DNA from: Tubiluchus corallicola
Lineage: Eukaryota > Animalia > Priapulida
Length of the DNA stretch: 64,000 nt
Direction: 5' to 3'
NCBI GenBank assembly: GCA_030141605.1
Contig: JAQGDQ010000014.1
Span: 1,240,001 to 1,304,000, forward strand
In this document: piece by piece, positions 29,161-40,100 of the stretch
Numbering within the stretch: position 1 is the stretch's first letter
Layout: every line of letters begins with the position of its first letter
Made by a program: the position numbers and the translations under genes
The notes under the pieces: model-generated
Databases searched by the model: none
Told to the model about the DNA's origin: nothing
Seen by the model: only the letters and a program-made list of their open reading frames with translations

Positions 29161-32100
29161 AGTAAATATTTTGCTTTTATTTTATAGTATTAGTTATTGT
29201 TTTATTTAACTTACAACCCTGATAAGTTTCACCTGGAACTTCTGATCAATCTTCAAATAAATGGCCATAACCGAGTTCAACTGTAGGTTTATGACTCTGA
29301 AAGGTAAGATTGAAAGACAAGTATCATATTCAGAACCTTCAATTTGATAAATTTAACACATTACCACGAAGAACGACGAACTATAAAACCAGTTTCCGAA
29401 ATTTAAATTCCTGTTCACAAGTAAATTCAACAAATCACAATTCGTTGAGCTCACAACTCATCGCCTCACCGAGGATAATAAAGGCTAGTAGAACTGCTGG
29501 CATCTGTTGGTGCTGGAAAGCATAAAAACATCCTGCACACCGGTGGAATCAGTCGCTTACCACGGACGTGTACACATTGTACAGCGGCTACAGCGTTTGC
29601 CAGCTATATGTCATCTATGGTTATGGAGCTTGGTGATCGGGACCGTGGTCCAGGACGTGTAACTTGGACTTGGACTTTGACGTAGGCTTAGACCTGGACT
29701 GTGGACCAGGATCATTAACAAGTTCGCTAACATTATTGGGTGGACCCTGAATACTCCTGGACAGTGGGCACTAATTTAGATGTATCCAATGTTACATTTT
29801 CACATGTATAAAAACCATAATGGGTCCCTAATGATCGCCATCAGAAACTCTGTCGCGAAAACTGGCAGTCCTCGAGGTTTGGGTTGGGATTTGCTGTAGT
29901 TCGGAATCGGAGTTCAGGTCAAAAAGAAATGTTTTGGATTGATGGCCTGAACCATAAATATGAGTATCAGTAATTTAAATGGAAATCAGAAAATTAACTC
30001 GTTCACGACCATAAGCATTTGCTGCATTTTGCATGAGTTTATGAAAAACTGCTCTCACTAAGCAGCGATTATGTTATATTTGATAATTTTTGTAGGCTTC
30101 TATCCTCACACAATGGATTCCATACAAAATTACATGCATTTGCTTACCTTAGACAAATTGCAAATCGATTTTTGACGAAAAAGTTAAAAAACTTTCACTA
30201 ACTACAACTAGTGTTTGCACTGTAACAAGGTATGTTACAGTTGCACTTCTGTGTCGGCTAATGCAGAAAATTTCAACTATGCAGAGAACAACACTCTGAT
30301 ACACTTTGGCCTCAAGTCTATTCTATTTTTAAGCAGAAATTCCTGTTAAAAGATGAAGCAATCTTAATTTCTTTTTGGGTGATCGGTTAATTAGCTTTTC
30401 CTAGCACTCTGTATATACCAAATTGTTCTCTTGGGCTGTAACAAGCAGACGATCAATAATATAGTGTGTACGACTACGCAAGTGTATGACTACTCAATAG
30501 GCTAAGTTGGAGTGCCCGAAAAGGGTGTTTTTCTTAGTTTTATCCAATTAAGTCACTTATAATTGTTTAAACTAATAGCATGCTGGATAGCCGAGATTCT
30601 ACTAAATAGAACAGTACCTAATTTGTAAACATTTACGTAGTTATGTCTGCGCTCAATCAGTAGAAGAAAAGTCACAGGTCTTATAAGACACATTTTGACT
30701 GCTGCGGTCGATCCTGAAAAAGTTAATGGATATCAGAAGATCACAGTGGACCCGTATAATGATTTCGCTAATATTTTTGGGTGGACACGCAGATACTCCA
30801 ATAACTAACAGCAAAGTTGCCCTTAGTTATCTGAAGCAGACAAACAGCTATTATGGTTTTCTTCAACAAGAAAACGAAAGCAAAAACAAACAACAACATC
30901 CATCACCAAACCCGGGCTCGAAGAAAAAAGAAGCATTTTGCAGACATTAGAAGGAAATATGCAGTAGTTATAGAAGAAAATGATGTTGAACACGAATATG
31001 TTAAAAAAGCTTCACTTAACAACCGAACATAATTATGCTCCATGAAGTTACCTGACTTCCGCTAAGCTTGAGTGCGAGAAGAACCGCAACAACAAAAGGC
31101 TAATAACGTTCAGTTAATGCTATTTCTTTGCATGCATGTGTTTATAAAATATGTGCAGCGTTTATGAACTGTTAGTTTCTAGTATGATACTGTAAATTAG
31201 AATTATTATTGTTGGCAATGCTAGTAAAAATATTAAATTGAACTGCTAGATTATTAATTTTATTATAGCTTTCTTGATCATGGAAGTGTGATTTTTTTAA
31301 TTTATTTAGTGTCCACAATTTTCAGTTTCATATTATATGCTTTATTTAGGTAATTTGATGAAATGTACGTGAAATACTGTAATAGCTGTATAATTGATAT
31401 GTCACAACTTGTAAAAAGTTAATCTAATCGTAAACCGTTTTAGAAGAGAACTGCTATATGCAAAACATATGTGTTACTAAACTGCAATTTATGGTATACT
31501 AGTCCTAGGACGTGTGCATCTGTAGTATCTGTGCAGTAAACTTGACATATATGCAGAAATTATAATTGAGTTTGTGTTCTATTTTTTCAGGTTTTGCATT
31601 TTGCTCATATTTCAACACATTTAACGGAACTTTTAAAACTCACTCTTGAATGATAACTAAACCATTATACTTTCGTCAACATAGTAAAAATTATGACATC
31701 AAAATCCGGCTCTGCTAGATAAATATCACAAAACAAAAACAAACTCAATGTGGAAAGCTTGGAATACTGGCAATAGGTGCTGGTCTAAAAATCTGAAAAG
31801 AGAAACACCCCGCTGTGTCTACCAGTATACAATCAGAAGTTGAAAAAATTATATGATATATAGTTACCATAAAAGCATACCTGTCTATAACTTATTTTAA
31901 ACTTGTTTCTACATCGGAGAAATATAACAATGAATCTTTGTTTATCTTTTTTCACAATAATTATGATTTGCATCCATTCTGCTCAAAGCAAGAATACATT
32001 TTTTAGTTACAAAAAATTCAATTGGTGTTTTATTTAATATAAATAAGTAGTGCGCGAATTTTAAATACCATAATTGTGAAAATATTATTATGGTAATGGC

Positions 32101-33724
32101 AGCTACTGACAGCGTTTTTGTTGTTTATGATTATATAGCTAGAGTTAGGCCCAGAGGTAAGCATATATTTAAGACCCTCACTAGGCGTTTGAACGTCACG
32201 CGCCTGACCTGCCATGATGTCATTGAATCAACCAATTGTAGTCCAAGAGATGTACTAGGTTAAAGACCCACAATCCTATACGCGAATTATGATCAAGTTG
32301 TTGGGAGCAGAGTAGGATACTAGCCGAAGTAGGACAATTGTCGTATATGGGCTACTCAAGTACAACACTAGAGAAAGTCACGAACAGAGTCGTTCTGGCA
32401 GCGTCCGTGTCACTGTTTATTTAATAGTAATAATTCAAGACGTCAATGCACGTTGACTAATATATTATACATCTGATAGAGTAAAAGAAATTTGCACTGA
32501 GCTAGTGGAATGGCCACTATTAAATTCGGCCTCGACATCAATCTTTTTGAAATAAAAAAAGCCCGCTTTTTAGGAAATCCCAACATTTGCTTAAGGTATA
32601 TCATTTTTTTATTTTGTCTCGCTTCACAGACAGGTGATACGTTTCACTACCTCTTGGACAAATAATTGTTATCTACTAAGTAAGCGGGCTAGCGAGCTAT
32701 GTGCCCTACATAGTGTCTCTCTTTAAAGCATTAGATACTTGAGTTTGAAGTTATCTATTCTCTTATCTATACTCTTATATTAATATTCTTGGTATATATA
32801 TTTATTTATTTATATATATATAAGATTCGAGGCTACAGCTCCGATGAGGGCACCATTTGGGGCGATCTATATATCAAACGAAAGGTCTCGATCTAGTGTC
32901 GTGCCATTGATGGTTTATTTTTCGAATTGGGCCCACCGGGAGGAGGGGGAGACGAAAAAACCCCAAAAATGGCCCTTTTTCGGCCGTTTTTTGTAAAAGT
33001 TATACAGCTGAGATGTAGAGAACGGGAACGGCCCGAGGGGGGTGCTGGGTATGGATAGATAGCCCGTTCAGCGGTGGGTGTAGTAGGCATATTTAGAATT
33101 CCCGAGAGGGCCAGGGCGCCCCGCAACGGGCGTTTTCCCGGACCCAACTCGAGATTTTTTCGAAATTTTGACCAAACAGCATGCGGGAAAAACGTTCTAG
33201 CGGCGCCTGGTGGGACTCTCGGAAGGAGATATATAGCTCTTTACAAAGAGGAAGGACAGGGCTACACGATTATGTGGGATATATTTTAGGGCAGGTCCAC
33301 CGAGAGGAGTATCAACGAGTTAGTTAGGAGTTCTATTTTCGGCAATTTTCACTTAGAAAACTGCTGACGCAAAGGCATTGTTGTGACGTCATCCATTGTA
33401 CTCTGTCTATAATCTTATAACTTTAATTCAGCAAAAAGCTACAGGCTTTGCGTTAGTTAAACAAACAGTAGGCACGATGTTACGGGCTTTGTGTTATAAA
33501 TGTGGACTAGGTAGGATGTTCGCGTATTATTGATTACACGTGTATTTATACGCAAAATCTTTTGCGGGGCCTTTGCTATTTATTATATTATAGCACATAG
33601 TTTCAACTTTGTGAAAAATCTTTGGGATGGTTTTGTTGTAATGCTGTGCTGTTGGTGCTTGTGCTATAGGTGTCGTCATCGTTGCCACCACCATCATCAT
33701 CATAATCAACATCATGATCACCAC

Positions 33725-34425
33725 GTGAGGTGGTGGATTTGATGTGGTGTGGTGGTGGTGTGCTTTGTGTGTTGTGCTATGGATGGTGTGGTGGGGTGAT
33801 AGGGTGTGTGGGGTGTGGTGTGGGTAGTTATGGTATGGAGTGGGTGGCGTGGTGTGTGTGTGGGTGGGTGTTGTGGTGCGATGAGGTGGAGTGGTATGGT
33901 GTGGTGCAGTGTGGTGTGATGTGGTGGAGCATTATGGTGTGGGTGGTGTGGTGTGGTGTGTGGGTGGTGCGGTGTGGTGCGGTGTGGTGCAGTGGTATGG
34001 TGTGGTGCAGTGTGGTGTGCTGTGGTGGAGTCGTATGGTTTGGGTCAGTGGGTGGTGTGGTGTGTGTGTGGGTGGTGCGGTGTGCTGCAGTGGTATTGTG
34101 TGGTGTGATGTGGTGGAGTGGTATGGTGTGGGTGGTGTGGTGCAGTGTGGTGTTATGGTGTGGTGCTGTGCGGTGTGATGTGGTGGAATATTATGGTGTG
34201 GGTGGTGTGGTGTGTGGGTGGTGCAGTGGTATTGTGTGGTGCAGTGTGGTGTGATGTGGTGGAGTGGTATGGTGTGGGTGGTGTGGTGTGTAGGTGGTAT
34301 GGTGTGGTGCGGTGCGGTGCAGTGTGGTGGTATTGTGTGGTGCAGTGTGGTGCGATGAGGTGGAGTGGTATGGTGTGGTGCAGCGTGGTGTGATGAGGTG
34401 GAGTGGTGTGGGTTGTGTGTTGATT
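33725..34425. repeat. GT-rich (GGTGT/GTG) complex minisatellite, copy 1
   Basis: Strongly G/T-biased repeats such as gtgtgatgtggtggagtggtatggtgtgggtggtgtggtgcag, inside Helitron segment B. Confidence 0.95.
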
Positions 34426-35378
34426 TGTGCACAAAATTCTTTTTGTGGGGTTTGGCTAGTCTATATATTAATATTCTTGGTATATATATATATAAGATTC
34501 GAGGCTACAGCCCAGACGACGGCACCATTTGCGGCGATCTATATATCAAACGAAAGGTCTCGATCTAGTGTCGTCTCATTGATGATTTATTTTTCGAATG
34601 GGGCCCACCGGGAGGAACGGGGGGCGAAAAACCTCCAAAAATGGCCCTTTTTCGGCCGCTTTTTGCAAAAGTTATACGGCTGAGATGTAGAGAACGGGAA
34701 CTGGCCGAGGGGGGTGCTGGGTATGGATAGATAGCCAGTTCAGCGATGGGTGTCATAGGCCTATTTAGAATTCGCGAGAGAGCCACGGTGCCCCGCAACG
34801 GGCGTTTTCCCGGACCCAACTCGCGATTTTTTCGAAATTTTGGCCAAACAGCCTGCGGGAAAAACGTTCTAGCGGCGCCCGGTGGGACTCTCGGAAGGAG
34901 ATATACGGCTCTTTACAAAGAGGAAGGACAGGGCTACACGATGATGTGGGCTATATGTTAGGGCAGGTCCACCGAGAGGAGTACTGGCGAGTTAATTAGG
35001 AGTTCCATTTTCGGCAATTTTCGCTTAGAAAACTGCTGACGCAAAACCATTGTTCTGACGTCATCCATTGTATTCTGTCTATAATCTTTCTTATAGCTTT
35101 AATTCAGCAAAAAGCTGATACGCTGCTGTAATTCAGTAAAAGCTGCTACGGGCTTTGTGTTAAAAATGAGGACTAGGTAGAATGTTCGCGTGTTATTGAT
35201 TATACGTGGTTTTTTACGCAAAATCTTTTGCGGGGCCTTTGCTATTTATTATATTATAGCACATAGTTTCAACTTTGTGAAAAATGTTTGGAATGGTTTT
35301 GTTGTAATGCTGTGCTGTTGGTGCTTGAGCTATAGGTGTCGTCATCGTTGCCACCATCATCATCATCATGATCACCAC

Positions 35379-36020
35379 GTGAGGTGGTGGATTTGATGTG
35401 GTGTGGTGGTGGTGTGCTTTGTGTGTTGTGCTATGGATGGTGTGGTGGGGTGATAGGGTGTGTGGGGTGTGGTGTGGGTAGTGTGGTATTGAGTGGGTGG
35501 CGTGGTGTGTGGGTGGGTAGGTGTTGTGGTGCAGTGCGGTGTGATGTGGTGGAGTATTATGGTGTAGGTGGTGTGGTGTGGTGCAGTGGTATGGTGTGGT
35601 GCAGTGTGGTGTGATGTGGTGGAGTCGTATGGTGTGGTGTGCTGTATGGGTGGTGCGGTGTGCTGCAGTGGTATGGTGTGGTGTGGTGTGATGTGGTGGA
35701 GTGGTATGGTGTAGGTGGTGTGGTGTGTAGGTGGGTGGGCGGTGTGGTGCAGTGTGGTGTTATGGTGTGGTGCTGTGTGGTGTGATGTGGTGGAGTATTA
35801 TGGTGTGGGTGGTGTGTGTGGGTGGTGCAGTGGTATGGTGTGGTGCAGTGTGGTGGAGTGGTATGGTGTGGGTGGTGTGGTGTGTAGGTGGTATGGTGTG
35901 GTGCGGTGCGGTGTGGTGGTATTGTGTGGTGCAGTGTGGTGCGATGAGGTGGAGTGATATGGTGTGGTGCAGTGTGGTGTGATGAGGTGGAGTGGTGTGG
36001 TGTGGGTTGTGTGTTGATTT
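35379..36020. repeat. GT-rich complex minisatellite, copy 2
   Basis: Same motifs as 33725-34425 with a different unit order and number. Confidence 0.95.
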
Positions 36021-37121
36021 GTGCACAAAATTCTTTTTGTGGGGTTTGGCTAGTATTAATATTCTTGGTATATATATATAAGATTCGAGGCTACAGCCCG
36101 GACGACGGCACCATTTGCGGTGATCTATACATCAAACGAAAGGTCTCGATCTAGTGTCGTGCCATTGATGGTTTATTTTTCGAATCGGGCCCACCGGGAG
36201 GAACGGGGGGCGAAAAACCTCCAAAAATGGCCATTTTTCGGCCGTTTTTTGCAAAAGTTATACGGCTGAGATGTGGAGAACGGGAATGGGCCGAGGGTGG
36301 TGCTGGGTATGGATAGATAGCCCGTTCAGCGATGGGTGTCATAGGCCTATTTAGAATTCGCGAGAAGGCCAGGGCGCCCCGCAACGGGCGTTTTCCCGGA
36401 CACAACTCGCGATTTTTTCGAAATTTTGACCAAACAGCCTGCGGAAAAAACGTTCTAGCGGCGCCTGGTGGGACTCTCGGAAGGAGATATATAGCTCTTT
36501 AGAAAGAGGAAGAACGGGGCTACACGATGATGTGAGCTATATTTTAGGGCAGGTCCACCGAGAGGAGTACTGGCGAGTTAATTACATGTTCTATTTTCGG
36601 CAATTTTCGCTTAGAAAACTGCTGACGCAAAGGCATTGTTGTGACGTCATCCATTGTACTCTGTCTATATTCTTATAGCTTTAATTAAGCAAAAAGTAGG
36701 CAGGATGATACGGGCTTTGTGTTATAAGCGAGGACTAGGTAGAATGTTCACGCGCGTATTATTGATTATACGTGTAAATTTATACGCAAAATTTTTTGCG
36801 GGGCCTTTGCTAGTGATGATATTAATGGAGCTAATAATAATGATGATAATATTATTGTAAAAAAATGCATTTGCAAATTGTCAAGGACTATCTATTATAA
36901 AGTTACTTTTTTCTAAAACAAATTTAGTTTTATTATGTCATATTTTATCGATACTCGACAAAAATCGCCAGTGCCCTACTTGGGTTGCCCATGTACGACA
37001 CAGTTTATTCTCAAATTTAGCACATGCGTTTTAACGGAAGTATCCTACTTCGGCTAGTGGCGTACTCCGCGCCCTACACAAGCATCCAAATTTATAGTCA
37101 ACCCGTGTGGAAAATGGAAGA

Positions 37122-40100
37122 ATGTCTACGAAGTTGTACGTGAAAATTTAATTTTTATATTTTAAAATTGACTTTTTCCCGTTACCATCGCAGGATAGAG
37201 GTTAAGCTGATAAATGGCTTATAAAGCTCCTCAATCTTCTTTGAGTTCTATATTTATGTCTTAAAAGAAACAGCGCCATTCCATTATCATGGACTGTGTC
37301 GCAAAACATTTTGCTGCCATTGAGGTAGTCTAGGAACGAGAAACAGAGAAGGGTCAGCGGCATTGATTATATTTTCCGGTAATTTATTCCATTCGTTAAC
37401 CACCCGCATCGACAGAATCTCGTTTTCTGCTCCATTTATTAGAGCTACTTTCTTATTAATTTTGTAGCGATGACCTCTACCATGATAAGTCTGAGTTGGA
37501 AACATTTTGCTAGTATCAATGTGATCAAAACCTTTTAAGATGCGGAATGTTTGGATCAAGTGCTGCCTTTCACGCCTATATTTTAAAGTAGTTAGTTGTA
37601 GCCTCTTGATTCTCGTAGAGTATGGAAATCCGGAAACTACTTGTACCAGTTTAGTAACTCATTGAAGTCATTCATTTTTTCTTATCATATCTTGCCTTCA
37701 CTGCTTCAGTCATGATCCTGTTTTCAATTCAGCAAGCAGTCACTCTAGGAACGACTGCAGGATCTATATACAACGTATACAGCTTCATATCTATTCGACC
37801 ACATTCATTTCTAAATTCCATCAGCTGTAGTGCACGCGATGATTCTTGCTCTAACCTCCGCATTCGGTTGGTATAGATCATGGGTATCAACCCCCCAAAC
37901 ATTTACGTGACTTAAGCTACTACAAACAAATACATGTTCAGTTGTATCTTCTTCAGTATTATAGATGGGGCACATTAAATTATTTATATGGCACTTTTGA
38001 AATTACACTTCAATTCAAACATATTTAATTTAATTTTCACATAATAACTCATTTTATTCTCACCTAATTCATAGATGTAATTTTGCTTTTTAAATTCATT
38101 ATGTTTGAGAAATCTCAATTTTGTCATTTTGCTCTCAACTTCTCTGCTACTTTTTTTGCCACTTTATTTTTAACCATCTTTTTCCATTCAGACTTCTTGT
38201 CTTTAATTACTTATTCCATATCACTACTATTTATTTCATACTAATTAGCAATTTTTACAGTCTCATCATACCAGTATTGTTCATATAATCTATTTTTTGT
38301 TCATAACTACCTGTTTAGCAATTCTATCATTACTTTTTGTAATCAACTCTATTTTTGATCAGCCAGCAGTTTACTTGAGCTAAAATGCCTCAGTAAGGGG
38401 TTGTTCTTTCTGACACAACAATTTTGTTGAAGCTTTAAATGAATACTTTCTAACCTTTTTCACTTTGTATTTGTTACGTTTGTCCACGTTTCACTATTAT
38501 CAATGCAAGTATCACCATTGTCTCATACATAATTAACCTAGCTTCTGTTGACCTATAGCCCATATTTGATTCAGCCCCGGTATTATTTATGTCCATTATC
38601 ATTACTTTCATTCTATCTTTTCTTTCTTTTAACATGACATCATAGCTGTTTTAGTTGCAATCCAATCACCAAAGTACTTATCTATTTCTACCTTGCTAAT
38701 TTCACAATGTTTAACAAATTCTTTTATTTCAACGGTCATTTTCTTTTTGGTCGTCTTTGTTTTTATGTACTTGGGTTTTTGTATGTTAAATCTTACTCGT
38801 TTTTGCTCCTCAGTTTCTCTAGAATTCTTGCCTTATCTTTTTTATTGTTTCACTAGATCCAATACCCAAAATGTCGTCAACATATAGAAGTGTTCCGATT
38901 TCTAGTTTTGGACCAAGCATAGTATCCGGATATGTACCAATATTTATAACTTTGTTCATTAATATACTATAAAGAATTGGACCAAAAGGTGTGCCCTGCA
39001 TGACTAATTCACTTATAATTATTTCATCTGTGGAACCTAATAGAGTAGTCATCAATCACTGTACTTGCCTCTTTATTAAGTTGGTAAATTTAAATGCATT
39101 TCTTTTTTTATGCCTATAGTCAGCAATTCGTTTACACAATCTCTAAGCCAAAGTTTATCAAAACATTTTTCAATGTGTCCATAAACTAAATACACGTTAT
39201 TGAGATACCTGTTATAAACCAGTAGAGCTCTAATGACAAACAAATGACCTGCCATGTTTTCTACCACCACATTGTAAATTACTTGAGTTCTGATAAATTG
39301 TATCTTTATGTTTCTGAAGCAACACTTTTTCGTAGAGTTTGCTAATAAGACTTGTTAAAAATATCCCTCGTCTGTGTTTCTTCTCATTCTTAGGTCCGCT
39401 TCCTTTATACATTGGCTTTATAGTCATAAGTTTCCATTCATCAGGAATTTGGTGAGTTTGCTGTATTTTATTGAGCATTGAGTGTATACTTTTTTTATCA
39501 GATCTATTCCACCTTCAATTAACATTTCGTTCTTGGGCCCATCTAAATAAGTGAAGTTTCGCTTAATAAGTGTAAGCCTTCTATGAGCTTTATTGACAGT
39601 ATGATGAATATGGCTTTGAAATTTAAGCACGTTATCCCAAGTCTTTTTGCTTAGTGACATTTGTAATTTCTACATTGCTAGGTCCTGTGCTATTGCGTAT
39701 TTGCGATCTGCAACATTTGGTCTTCCAATGGTTAATAGGTTGCATTTGTCAATATTAAAATTCATTTGCCATTTGTGACACCATTTATCTGCTTGGTCAA
39801 TGTTGTTTTGCATAGTCATGGTCATTTTGACAGCAAGACTTATATATTTTTGTGTCATCTGCAAATAAGCTGGGTAAAGACATCAGGTAAATCATTAACG
39901 TAGATTGTAAATAACACAGGTCCTAAAACATTGCCCTGTGGTATACCACTGATGACATCCGCCCAGTTTGAATATTGACCATTGACTATAACCCATTGTT
40001 TCCTCCGTAAATAACACAGGTTCTAAAACATTGCCCTGTGGTATACCACTGATGACATCTGCCCAGCTTGAATATTGACCATTGACTATAACCCATTGTT

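Larger units (their letters stand above)
32754..36813 (+). mobile_element. non-autonomous Helitron head-to-tail array (A-B-A-B-A)
   Basis: 5' a|TCTAT... at 32754 or 32766. 3' hairpin cgcaaaa-tt-ttttgcg, then 9 nt, then CTAG|t (36810-36814). Internal junctions CTAG|TCTATATATTAATATTC (34459/34460) and CTAG|TATTAATATTC (36053/36054). The ~0.8-kb core is present three times. No RepHel ORF. Confidence 0.85.

Noticed and set aside
30460-31820. Possible Transib-like element (CACAGCGGGGTG at the right end)
   Set aside because: No matching CAC left terminus or target-site duplication found, and no recognisable transposase.
33730-36028. Val/Trp/Cys/Gly-rich and His/Thr/Pro-rich ORFs
   Set aside because: They are translations of the GT minisatellite, which is open in several frames on both strands.
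32893-36405. Thrice-repeated 71-84 aa ORFs (MGPGKRPLRG..., MGVVGIFRIP...)
   Set aside because: They lie in the GC-richer Helitron core, mostly use non-ATG starts and show no RepHel motifs.
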